Positions 12,236 through 23,722 of a stretch of 64,000 nucleotides of DNA are shown piece by piece. The DNA is from Lama guanicoe (Eukaryota). The stretch lies in NCBI GenBank assembly GCA_013239625.1, contig MU054212.1:8765084-8829083 (forward strand), written 5' to 3'. The position numbers and the translations under genes were made by a program. Under the pieces are notes generated by a model, which was not told the DNA's origin, did not search any database, and worked only from the letters and a program-made list of their open reading frames with translations. How positions within the stretch are numbered: position 1 is the first letter of the stretch; every line of letters starts with the position of its first letter.

Positions 12236-12613
12236 CAATGGCTAGGCCATCGCTGAAATTGTGCAGGCCATCCCCCATTATCACCATCCATGCCAACGTG
12301 GCGATGCCCGCATCCTTCAGCTCCTCCCGAGAGTAGCGCTGACTGTGACTGTGGGGGTGATGGTTCTGGTGGTGGTGGTGATGGAGAATATGATGGTAGT
12401 CGTGATGGTGATGAATGAGATCATCCGACTGGCCGAGAGTATCATGGAAATGCGAATGGCATTTATTCTTGCACCCTCTGGGCACGTATTCGTTGTAGAC
12501 TTCCTGTGGATGAGCATGAGCTATCATGACTTCCTCTTCTTCCAAGATTGCTGGCTGTTGAGAATCAAAGTGGGAGGGCTCTTGTGAGTCGGCTCGCAAA
12601 TAGCCTTCAGGTC
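12236..12613 (-). CDS. SLC39A6: SLC39A6 exon 7 (His-rich cytoplasmic loop and TM4)
   Basis: PEGYLRADSQEPSHFDSQ...HHHHDYHHILHHHHHQNHHPHSHS...MGDGLHNFSDGLAI; 378 nt. Confidence 0.96.
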
Positions 12614-13430
12614 CTAGATGTAAAGATAAAGGACATTGGGACAAAGTGAAACAGCTATGGACACATCTCAAACATCCCCACTGACAACTAAAGTCAGCAA
12701 AAGATCTTAAAGCATGGCGACTCTCTCACACATACCTGGCAGAACTAGACATTACAGTATTGTTGATGAAAAACATCATAGATTTTAGTGATTTTAGTAA
12801 TTAAATGATCTCACATATTAAAAATGGATTTTAAATGTTAACTTTCAATAACTATCCCCAGATCCTCCCTTAACTTCTTCAGTCTCCCTGTATTTTTAAA
12901 GACGACTTTTTTCCTGATCACAAAAGACACTCATACCTATTTTAGAAAAAATATTCTATTTTAGATATTTAAAGTATTTTAGAAAAATATTTAAGAAAAA
13001 TACTGAAAATAAGAAATAAAAACCATGCATAACCCTATCATCTTATTTCCTGCTTTTCAAAGGGCAAAATTCAAGGAAAAATAGAAGAACCTGAATTACC
13101 ATCATCACCAAGAAACATTTATTATCTATCTGTGTAAAGAAAAGTAAATTGCAACAATAAGATTTTGTCTTTTCTTTCTCCTGTATATGGGTATCAGCTT
13201 TCTTGGGCGCATTCCTGATACTAGTCCAATTCTAGAACAGCTACTTCCTTTCACTGTTACAGATTTCACCGGAGCCCCGATACAAAAGCTGAAGACAGAA
13301 TAGATGCAGGAAGACAAGTGAGAGTGTTTTATTTGCTCTGAACAGAAGAGCAGCATGCTGGAAGACAAAGGGTGGACAAGACACCTTACACATATGCAGA
13401 AGCAATGATGGTTTTTCTTCTTCCGCAATC

Positions 13431-14090
13431 AGCAACCATCTATTGAGTACCTACTCTGGTCCAGATACCGGGCCAGGCATTGGGCCAGTGGAGCATGACA
13501 AAGTCCCTGCCTTCAAGAACTTATGTTCCTGCGGGAAAACAGCCACTTAACAAAGAAACAAATGTATAAATAAGGTAATCTACAGCATTGAAAAGCATGG
13601 GAAGAAAACAGAAAAGGGTTATATGAAGGAGCATGACTGGGAGCCCTTTATATTGGGGTCTCTCAGTACAAAAGGCCTCTGAGAAGATATTTGAGTTGAG
13701 ATCAGAACAATGGGGGGCTGGGGGGAGAGTACAGCTCAAGTGGTAGAGTGCATGCTTAGCATGCACAAGGTCCTGGGTTCAATCCCCAGTACCTCCATTA
13801 AAAATAAATCTAATTAGCTCCTCCACCCCACCAAAAATAAATAGATAAATAAAATAATACAATAATAAATAATTTTTTTTTAAAAGAACAGAAGAAATTT
13901 ACGTGAAGATGTGGGAGAAGAGCACTCCAAGCAGAGGAAACAGTGAGTGCCAGGCCCTGAGACAGACCTAGTGTTCTCACAGGATGCAAAGGAGGCCAGT
14001 GAGGCTAGACGGAATGAACCACTGGGGAGAGTAGAGGGCAGGACAGGACTTTGAAGGTCGTTGTGAGGTGTTTGGTTTAAAATTTTAATC
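13431..14090 (-). mobile_element. L2 fragment interrupted by a SINE
   Basis: caaccatctattgagtacctactctgg...ggccaggcattggg is the reverse complement of the L2 3' end; continues after the SINE. Confidence 0.65.
13721..13884 (+). mobile_element. tRNA-Ala-derived SINE (camelid Vic-1-like)
   Basis: gggggagagtacagctcaagtggtagagtgcatgcttagcatgcacaaggtcctgggttcaatccccagtacctcca plus A-rich tail; near-identical copies at 50794, 58417 and 62541. Confidence 0.9.
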
Positions 14091-14119
14091 TTAACCAAGT
14101 CTGTCCAACATAAAATGCC

Positions 14120-14735
14120 AAGCTAACAGTCAGGTTACAGGAAAAATAGTAACTTTACAGCAGAGAAACATGGCAGAATCAACCCTAGCCAAGTGATCAA
14201 AATGAACACCACCCATATGTGACAAGAGCATCACGTCCAGTGACACACCAGGTTGCTGAAAAGGATACAGTACCATTTGTGGTCTTCCTGCCCAAACAGA
14301 TCAACTTAATGAAAAAAATTAAACCCCAAATAAGGGGCAACTAGATGCAACATTTGATCCTGAATTGTACTCTGGATCAATTTTTTCCTTTTGGGGGTCG
14401 GTGGGGAGTATAAAGGATTAATTAATCGGAAAAATACAAAAAAGGTCTCTAGACCAGAAAATGGCATTGTATCGGCATTAATTTCCTGATATTGATAATG
14501 TAACTACAAGAGAATGGATGTTCTTTTTCTTAGGAAACATAAATTAAGCATTTAGGGGTCAAGCAGCATCATGTTTGTAACTTATTCTCAAATGGTTTAG
14601 AAAAAAAAAGTGTGCGTATGTCTACAAGAGAAAGAATGATTAAGTGTAGGTAAAATAACTGGGGAGTACAGGAAAGGGGCACAGGAAGTTTTGGAACTTT
14701 TCCCTAAGTCTGTGTTTACCTCAAAATAAAAAATT
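14120..14735 (+). mobile_element. Old L1 (L1MC/ME-like) 3' fragments
   Basis: aatagtaactttacagcagagaaacatggcag...gcatcatgtttgtaacttattctcaaatgg; boundaries approximate. Confidence 0.55.
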
Positions 14736-14930
14736 ATGGAAAAGAGATGTAAATACATATAGAAACAATGAACTCACTGGCAAATTAAAAAAAAAAATAC
14801 TAGTTTAAAAAAAAAAAAAAAGGAGTGGAGGGGTGGGAGGATATGGTCCAATCTCTTCCAGACAGTCCACGCTGCCTGCAAATCACAGAGCAGTGAATTT
14901 CCTCCAACTCTCAGATTCATAAGGACTTAC

Positions 14931-15036
14931 GATCATCTGCATCTACTTTCTCCTCATTTGTTGAAAGCTGAGATTCATACTTGGACAGCTGCTTCTTAAT
15001 CTCAACATCATCATCACTTTCAGGTTTTTTCTGATT
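14931..15036 (-). CDS. SLC39A6: SLC39A6 exon 6
   Basis: NQKKPESDDDVEIKKQLSKYESQLSTNEEKVDADD; 106 nt, AG/GT flanked; not in the ORF track. Confidence 0.95.
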
Positions 15037-15334
15037 CTACAATAGCAAGGGAAAGCAATACTTTAAAATAGTTGGTTTACTTATGCACACCTCTTTAAAT
15101 AAACAGTTAAGCAAAAGACTTCATAGAAAAAGACATCAGAGTAACAAAATAAACTTCATCTAAGGGCAGGGTCTGTACTTAACTTGCACAGCACTGAGTA
15201 GTTTGTTTTAGGAATAAACTGTCCAGAAAGGTTAAGAATTAATGCCTCAGTAATGTGAAAGAAAAATTATACATCCATCTTTCTGAATGTTCCCTAGGTC
15301 CTATGGTCTAAACTTGGTCTTACACAAACAACAC

Positions 15335-15430
15335 CGCCTCCCCTGGGGAGCTTGTGAGAAATGCACAACCTCAGGCCACACGCCAGACCTAATGAACTAG
15401 AATGTGGATTTTAACTAGATCTCCAGACCC
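15335..15430. mobile_element. MER5-like hAT fragment
   Basis: cctggggagcttgtgagaaatgcacaacctcaggccac...ttttaactagatctccag. Confidence 0.6.
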
Positions 15431-15647
15431 AGCTAGAGTCATTTCCTCCAGGCATTTAGTGATCTGCTAACCAATTCCCTGGTTTCTTCTATGCCTTTGG
15501 ACACTGAAACTCATACTTTTTATTAGCTTACAACTATACTGTGACACTGACACGTATGTTACTAAAACTAAAATACTCTTCCTGTAATAAAATACCAACA
15601 ACAAGTTTTCTCTTTTTAAATAAATCTCTATTAGTTAGCCTTGAATT

Positions 15648-15705
15648 TATCACTGGGTTAACCATCTGAATTGGTATTGGTATTCAGATAGTTAACCCCG
15701 TGATA
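15648..15705. repeat. Inverted repeat with 24-bp arms and a 10-nt loop
   Basis: tatcactgggttaaccatctgaat / attcagatagttaaccccgtgata; 22/24 Watson-Crick matches. Confidence 0.92.
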
Positions 15706-16114
15706 CTGGGTTATTGTCCATATCTCTGAGCCCAAGGATAAAGTTCACTGTTTTAACAATGGTGCCTGTGTATTATTTAGTTATATAGAAGATAATATTC
15801 AGGATAATGAAAACTGTCACAAAAATAATAGATTTCTTACTGGCAATATTTTTGAATAAGACTTAAATGATCACCACCATAGATGGGATTTCATTCAAGC
15901 TTTAAAAGCATATAAAATACCTGTACATTCTTAGGTTATAAGAGTTTTTAAAGACAAGCACTGACAAATCTTTATACTAGCACTTAGCATAGTGCTGCAG
16001 AGAAAGTACTTAAATATTTGTGCAAATAAATGAACTAAGGGTATTTTAAATCACTTCAGTTGATGCTTTATTTCTTGTTGGGCAATGACCCTCTCTAGAA
16101 CATATAGTTTGAAA

Positions 16115-16880
16115 CCATTTCATTCATTCTGTATTAAGAGCCTATAACGTTCCCTAAGCTGAATGCTGGCAACACGTTGTAAAACAAGACACACAAAGTC
16201 CTTGTTCTTATGGAGCTTATCACCTGCAGGGAGGGAGGCTGTACAAAGATAATGATTATTCAAGTCTTTGATGTCAATTTTCGATACATTTTACAAAGGA
16301 AAAACACAGAGGGCTATGAGTGTATGGTAACATGACCTAAGGAAGCCCCAGGATGAGATTCCTTGAGGAAGTGATACTTATACTGAGACTTAAAGACGAG
16401 CAGCGGTTTGCTGGAAAGGGTGGGAAGGGAGGGGGATGTGGGAGGGCGCGAAAGCAGGAAGGAGCCAGCTGCTTTCTAAACTGAAAGGAGTGCAAGGTAG
16501 TGGGGGCCTACCAGGTCTGGGGGAGACCAGAGAACGCAAACCACTTGAAAAGTTGTGGACTTTGTCCTAAAAGCAAATGAGAAGCACTAAAGAAAGGACT
16601 TTAAGTAGCGCTGTCCAACCTCAACAGATTTTCGTTTAAACAAATCACTCTGCCTGCTCTTCTCTGGATTGGGAGAAGACAACAAAATAATGTAGACAGG
16701 CCAGTTATAGGAAGCAACTGCTGTCACCCAGGTAGGAGATAAGCCTGGCGTGGGCCAGGATGACATCAAGGAAGACGGAGAGAACTGAAAAACCTCTGGG
16801 TATTTTTAATGGAACTAAGTTGGATATGAGGATGAGGGAGATTCACAGATGACCCTCACGGTTCCAGCATGGGCAATAAC
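16115..16880 (-). mobile_element. L2 fragment
   Basis: Starts cattcattattctgtattaagagcctat and continues with purine-rich L2-like sequence. Confidence 0.55.
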
Positions 16881-18674
16881 ATTTACTGGTAGAAAGAAAG
16901 TTTGAAGTTGAACTATTATAAGGGTCTCACCATATTAAGTATGAGATATAAACCTAATTTGAATACAGAGATTTCAGACTGACATATATTTGCAGGTAAT
17001 CTAAAACTGGGATATACAGAAATTCCCAGGGGTGCAGGACAGACGTCTTAAGGGAAATCCTAGGTAAAACGTTCTGTTACGGGTCTGAAGAACTCCCAAT
17101 ACTTACCATACAATGAATAGTTCTTTCCTTTCTGAGAACCAAATGAGATTAAAAACTGTTAAGTAACACTAAGATCTGGATGCCTCTGAAAAAAGATAAA
17201 CTCAATATATTCTAAAAAAGTAAGAGAAGATTTAATGTTTGCAAAACTCCTGTGGAAATCTTTGTCTAGAAATCATACTTACTTGCCATTGAATGTTTCT
17301 TATACATGCAACAAATATTTACCAATCCATCTATTATGTGCCAGACACTATTCTAGCCATTGGAGATAGAGCAGTAACTAAGACGGAGAGGTCCTAGAAC
17401 TTACATATGAGTAGAAATTATTTTAGAACAGAGATTATTAAGCTTTTTTGACTACAATCTATAGAAATATACATAATCTATTCTAACATTACTGTTTCAT
17501 TAAAAAGACTGGTCACAATGCAAGATTGATTTCTCAACTCACAAGAGTCTGAAAAATATTGTTTTGTCTTGTAAAATTTGAAAATTAAATTGAAATTGGA
17601 ATGCTAAATAAATTATGGCCTTTGAAACAGAAACACAGTAAAACAAATAAACACAAACAATTCCCTGCTCCCCAAAACTTAAAAATGATCCTTTTTTTTT
17701 TTCCCCCACAAAGGTAAGAACAATCCCAGAGAATGTAAAGATATATCCTTAAACTCATCCAAGTGAAGCAACAGGGACAACGGGAACATGGAAGATGACT
17801 TCCTGGATTAAGAATGAGTAAGCTATTGTTATTTCACTTCTCCCCTCAAAATTCAGGTCCCGTAAAGGTCCTAATTTTGGAATTTGAGATTTTAGTGAAT
17901 GTAAAATCTATAGGGGCAAATATTCACAGGGTGGAGGAGGCTACTCTTCTGTTCATGCATGCACTTGTTTCCCAAAAGAAGCACTGTGCTCAGTAAGAAT
18001 CAACTATGTTAGTTTCCAAACCTCTTCCTGCCAACTATGGCTGTTACTGCAACTGCACAATTTAATTACATATTACCCAAACTATGAAATGACGGTGAGG
18101 ATAGTTATTTCTATGAAAACTTAAGTTGACTGCTTTGGAAGGACTCACAGGCAAGTTGCTTAAAGACTTTAAAAAGGCTATTAAATTACATAAGGCAACC
18201 GCTGTATAAAATCTTTTGTATTTCCAAAATCTAGTTTCTGTACTCAAAATAGCTTTACAAGTGTGTAACCTCTTGCTCAATTTCAGAGAAACCAGAATTG
18301 GAAATTGAGATAAAGCAGCATGGCTGTAGAGAAAAAACTGATCACTCAGAACTCCAACTCAAAGGAAATCTTGGTCAACATCAAATGATCAGAAATATGA
18401 GTCCACAAACGTTTTAAGATAAACTGTCTAAGATGTGTACATGTTATTTTTAAGAGTCCCCATTAGGACAGTCTTTTGACTGACTTGCTCGGTCACATCA
18501 GATAGGAAGAGGCAGATAACCAAAGGCAACTCAAAAGATATTTTTACCAGAAACAGAGGGCACACTGTTGAGCTTCATACTATTTTCTGAGTGGCAGTTT
18601 GCAAAGGACAAGTCTTTCAAACAAAGTAGAATATTCAACTACTGGGTGAGTAATTTAAAGTTAATCCATGATAC

Positions 18675-18810
18675 TTTTTCTTGAACCACTTTATTGAGGT
18701 ATGACTGACATATAAAAAGCTGCACATATTTAATGTATACAACTCAACGAGTCTGGGGATAAGGGTACACCTATGAAACCACTGCCACCACCAATGCCAT
18801 AATCATGACG
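18675..18810 (-). mobile_element. L1 3'-terminal fragment
   Basis: ctttattgaggtatgactgacatataaaaagctgcacatatttaatgtatacaac. Confidence 0.7.
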
Positions 18811-19098
18811 CTTCTGGTCCTCAAGGCCCTGCGTGTGCCTTTTCGTCATTTATACAGGTATTTATTCTTGCCTTTCTTACCCTCTTGTGACTTTGAGGGG
18901 AACACTGAGCATAGAGAACTCCAGGGTGGTAAAGATACACAACTGTTCTCCATGAATGCCTCTGGGAGCAAAAAGACCCTGAACTTCCTCTCAAATGAAG
19001 ATCGTACCCCCTGGACAAGCTCTGCCAACACTTTAGTTCAAGTACTACTCTAAACAACTGCCCGATGTACAGTCAGGATTCGATATACTTTTTCTTAC

Positions 19099-19317
19099 CT
19101 TTTTTTTCTTATCTTTAAATTGCTTGATCAACGTGAGCACATGTTCAACAAGAAACATGAAATACAAGCCTCCCAGTGCTGTCAGACCTTTCCACGTGGA
19201 ATCAAAATAGGAACTTTCTTCTATGTTTTGAGAAGAGAGATGGCTGAAAAGCGGCCCTCTCTTCATTTCCATCGCTTGCTCTTCATGGCTGTGACTATGG
19301 TGGTGACTTGCATGAGA
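19099..19317 (-). CDS. SLC39A6: SLC39A6 exon 5
   Basis: SHASHHHSHSHEEQAMEMKRGPLFSHL...LIKQFKDKKKK|GTAAGA; 219 nt. Confidence 0.96.
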
Positions 19318-19899
19318 CTAAAGGCAAAATAATATGGACTTAATAAATTCATTAGTTCACACATGTCGGAAAAATTGGCTAAAATAATTAACATCAAATT
19401 TGAAATCATTCAGAATCAGGCAATTGATGTGATACTTCGGAATGAGGGGAAGTTTAGGGTATTAAAAATAAAGCGGCCAACAAGCAGCAGCGACCTAGAG
19501 CTTAAAGTATGTAATAGCACTAAGTAGAGTGAATCTGTTTAGTGTAAAGACAGATTCATTCCCCAATGACCCTCATAATATATAGGCAGTGGGTATTTCC
19601 AATGTTTTTCCGTGGCCACAAATAACAGGCAACTGCCAGAATTAAGAGGTGTATGATGTCTACTGCTAATACTTCCAGCTGAAAGGCCCCTACCACAGCC
19701 ATCAGTGTGCTTCCAGGAAGCCAGGCTGGGTGATAGGCCCTGGTGGCACCTGAGATCCAGGTGCAGCCGAGTGCAGCAGAACTTCTGCCACTGCATGTTG
19801 GGAACCAGGTGTGGTGCACAGCAATACAGGTGAGACTGGGGGCCCACAGGGTATTACCCCCAACATCTGCTGCTCTGTGCAGCAGGTATTCCTGAACAT

Positions 19900-19914
19900 C
19901 TGCCATCTGGTGGC
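19900..19914 (-). promoter_or_regulatory. Candidate CTCF site
   Basis: GCCACCAGATGGCAG closely fits the CTCF core consensus; motif evidence only. Confidence 0.5.
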
Positions 19915-20322
19915 TGGGGAGCTGTTTTTTGAGTACATAAAGAGTCACATTTTTTATTTCTGTGACAACTACACTAATATGTAAGCAGATAATTCACATT
20001 GTTGCAGTCTGCCACAGTACTAATATCTGAGTAGAATCTGTCTCCTTTTATTAACTGGGTCCCAAAAAGTTAAATAAAGCTGCATTTAGTAAATTCCCTT
20101 TAAAGAGAAAAGTAAAAAAAGAATGTGTATTAAGATCTAGCACAAAAATGAAGCTTTCATTTACCAAATGTATTTTAAAATCTACTCTTTGAAACCAAAT
20201 TTCTAACCTTTTATATATATCAATACAAAGACTTCCAGTACAAACCAAAAATATACACACACATGCATATTTAATACTGAATAACAATAAAACACACTAA
20301 TAGGACAAATTACTGAACTTAC

Positions 20323-20492
20323 ATGTGGAAGAAGGTGTAAAAAAGCATCACCACTCAATGTTCCAACAGCCAATGCCACAAGGAAACTCAGGAGAAACTT
20401 GAAAAACACCCGATTCATGAGAGGTACTAAGATAACACCCAGCAAAGACAGGAAACTGATGATGGAAATGGCTATAAAGCCACCAACCCAAG
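20323..20492 (-). CDS. SLC39A6: SLC39A6 exon 4 (TM1-TM2)
   Basis: AWVGGFIAISIISFLSLLGVILVP...GTLSGDAFLHLLPH|GTAAGT; 170 nt. Confidence 0.96.
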
Positions 20493-21343
20493 CTGTCAAA
20501 TAAAACAAAACAAAACAAAGCAAAAGAAAAAGCATACAGTTGATAAACTTTAAAAGAGACTGTGGAGTCGCATAAAGCACCTTGTAAAAGCAAGGAAACT
20601 TTTACAAACAAAAGAAATACAAACTCAGTGAAACAGGACTGCGGTAACAGACCAAGAACCAAGAAACTGGATCAAAAGAACAGTCTGACTGAACCGTCCA
20701 GGCACAGGCATAAACCTAGTGGAAAATTCTTCAGCTGGGCCTAAAGGGAGGGGAAGACATGGTTACCAAGGATAAACTAGCTCACTTGGGAACTGAGTTT
20801 TCAGACTCCCATAACAGCTGAATTATGAGAGAGAGGAAAGCACTAGGGAAAAAAGGAAGGAAGGAAGAAGGAAGACAGGAAGAAAAAAGGAAACCAGAAC
20901 TGAATAGTATCTTCAATAAACAAAGCAATCATTTCATTATAGTTTTTGAGCAATGCAACTCTACACTATAGCAGGGCATGTCTAGTCTCATTTACGAATA
21001 ATATACCAGAATTAGACTCCTAAACAGCAGATTAACTCTGACCTTCCTCCAAACAGGGTAATGACATATAAAGAGCCCAAATTTTGAATGATCCTGACAC
21101 ATCCTGTGGGAGGACCTCTCATAATTTACAATCTAAGTTTCATTTTCTGGTTTTTGTTTTTGTTTTTGTTTTTTTAAGGGTAAGGCTAACATACTTGCTT
21201 TCTTCACATTGAAGGCAAAGAACAATCAAAATGACATATTTGGAATTATGCTGAAAAATGAATAGGTTGATGTGAATGTAAGGAAATGTACAATATAAAC
21301 GTATCTCTTGGAAACAATTTTTATGTAAAAAAGGCAATTTTAC

Positions 21344-21527
21344 CTATTTGTAAAGAATTGCTCTTTGGAGGGATCTCGGCTTTCTTTTCACTCGTCGTAT
21401 GAATCAGACATGATCTAGCATCAATCTGATTGATGATGGCTGGGCAGAGATAGTTGAACTCGGTTGCATTCAGTGGAACCTGGATGCCCATGCCATGAGA
21501 GGTAAGCAGCTTTGACGCGTTAAAACA
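21344..21527 (-). CDS. SLC39A6: SLC39A6 exon 3 (CPAIINQ, PAL-type motif)
   Basis: CFNASKLLTSHG...LCPAIINQIDARSCLIH...SLQI; 184 nt. Confidence 0.96.
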
Positions 21528-22996
21528 CTGAGGAAAATGAAGCAGTGAAGTCACTCAAAGGCATTCCCATTAGAGAATCCAAAACAGTTTTTTGATGATG
21601 CAACACCCTTTCCTTACTGAAGCTACTTCTTTATTTTTTTAAGTTAAGGTGAATCAAAACCAACTTTTGTTTTGAGTACTCTGGAGCTTGCCTCAAGCTA
21701 CCTGGAGATTCGATGTCACACGAGTGGCATCCCGTCGCTTCTGCCTATTCTTGGGAGAAGCAGTCCCATCACTAGTCACCTCGGGAGAAAGCCTCATGTG
21801 GAAAAGGCTGGAGGGTGAACGGCCTTTCACAAGCCTGTTAACTCACTGTGTAAATCTTTTAAGGAAATGAGCTTTAATTTTGAGATGGGGTTAATTAGAG
21901 ATTGAGAAATACGCTGTTTTAGTACTAACGCTACCCTACCTGGCCTAGACAAGCCCAAGACACGTCACTCTGCCAGCAATGACTGTACTTGCAAAAACTT
22001 AGCTCAGTTCTGTCTACAGACCTAGCAAAATATGCTCTACAAGAGAACATTAAGTTATGTAGATTACTCCTGTGGAGGGCAAGGCTGGTTAATAAAACAA
22101 ACCTGTACTGGCAGGCAGCTGTTTTAACAGTCTAATGAGATGACAGGCTTAGTTTGAAGAGACTCTCCTCCGGGTAATCTAAGCTCCTCTTCTCGCCAAA
22201 AAATTGGGTAGCACCTATTTCTTATCTTATGTAAAGTTAAACTCCCACACTTCCTGGCCAGTACTGCTCAGAACAAACTCTATCACTAGTGTCGCTATGG
22301 GAATGACCATGAGTAGGATTATCCCAGATTTACTATGGTCATGTGATGGTTTGAATGAAGTACTTAAGTTCTGCCTATTAACATAAACCAACGACTTCCT
22401 TGTTCTTGGTATCTCTCAGACAAGGCAAACCGTGTACAATCTGGAAGTCTAATTCTAGAAAAAAACCACATGAACTCAGAGCCTCACTGCCCAGATTTTT
22501 TTTTACTTGTCTAGCACATCACTCTTGGTAGCAGCTCCAATTTCAATCACCCCACAAACCACAGCGATCTCTCTGCGAAGGAGGTAAAGCTGCTTTTCTT
22601 GCATTCTTCAGCCCTTTCAGCCACACCTTTCCCCAAACCATGAATTCTAACTCCTGCTTGTTTGACTTTCTGTTTTTTATTAGTAGTATTCATCTTTAAA
22701 GATTTTCTACAAAAATAACTTTGATATCTGCTTTCTATACTTATTTTGAATTCTATATTAGAAAAAGTTTTAGCAGGTGGCACTATTCTTATCAAAGAAC
22801 CACCCCCAAGTTTTATATCAGGAATGTTTACAACACCGTATGGACACTCTGAGGTAAGTGCCTTGCTGAGAAAGAAATTTCCTTCTCAATGAAGTCACCA
22901 CTTTATTTTCATTTTAAACTCCTTAGAACTGAGATAGAATGGCAAAGACAGCACAGACAAGCAGGCATATTGATTAAAATAAAATACTCATCTTAC

Positions 22997-23722
22997 CTCC
23001 TGAGTATTTTCGTTTGTGCTTCTGGAATACATAAAGCCTTTCCTGGGCTCACTCACAGATTCATTTGTTTTCCTACTAGGCAGCCAGCTCACCCGGCTCT
23101 TTTCTGTGATACTGGGTGGAGTGGAACTGTTCACATCTTTGGGGAGAAGTTTTCCATGTTTTGGAGTTTCTACCGTCTCTAGAAAGTGAGTTCCTTCAGA
23201 GACAGCATTATATACCGTTGAGGTCACTTCACTAGCACCAACACCATCCTTGATTAAAATATTCCTTCTACTATTGGTATGTTCTGATCGGTGAGATCCT
23301 TTTCCCTGGCTGTTTTTAGGATCTTTACTTGAACTATCAGAGTCATGGTCGGGGCAAAGAGTTTTCCGATTATTTTTACTGGAAGCAGCATGGTTATGGT
23401 GAGAGTGGTGCTCATGGTCAGAGTGATGCTCGTGGTCATGGTGAATATGGATTCTTTTAATCTTATCTATGCCTATATTCTGAAGCAATTTTCTGAACCC
23501 TTCAACTGACAAGGAATTGTTTTCTCCATAGCGATGGAAAAGCTGCTGTAGATGATGTTGTTGCGTGGTAACAGCCAAGTCAACATTAATGCCAGATTCC
23601 CAATTCGGAATAATTTTCTCAGTGGTCTGAGGGAAAGCAGTGGCTGGTCCTACTTCATGAAGGGGATGTGTGACTGACAGGGTGACGGTCAGGATCAAGA
23701 TTACAGATAAATTCCTCGCCAT
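22997..23722 (-). CDS. SLC39A6: SLC39A6 exon 2 coding part (signal peptide, His-rich ectodomain)
   Basis: MARNLSVILILTVTLSVTHPLHE...NENTQE|GTAAGA; 726 nt; acceptor 9 nt upstream of the ATG (exon starts at 23731). Confidence 0.96.

Noticed and set aside
12261..12587. Val/Met-rich + strand ORF
   Set aside because: Antisense shadow of the His-rich SLC39A6 exon 7
13721..13797. tRNA-Ala gene
   Set aside because: Acceptor stem is imperfect, an A-rich SINE tail follows, and there are four diverged copies in the window, so these are SINEs
19539..19948. Three overlapping minus-strand ORFs as a hidden exon or gene
   Set aside because: No recognisable protein, and SLC39A6 exons 4 and 5 already join in frame
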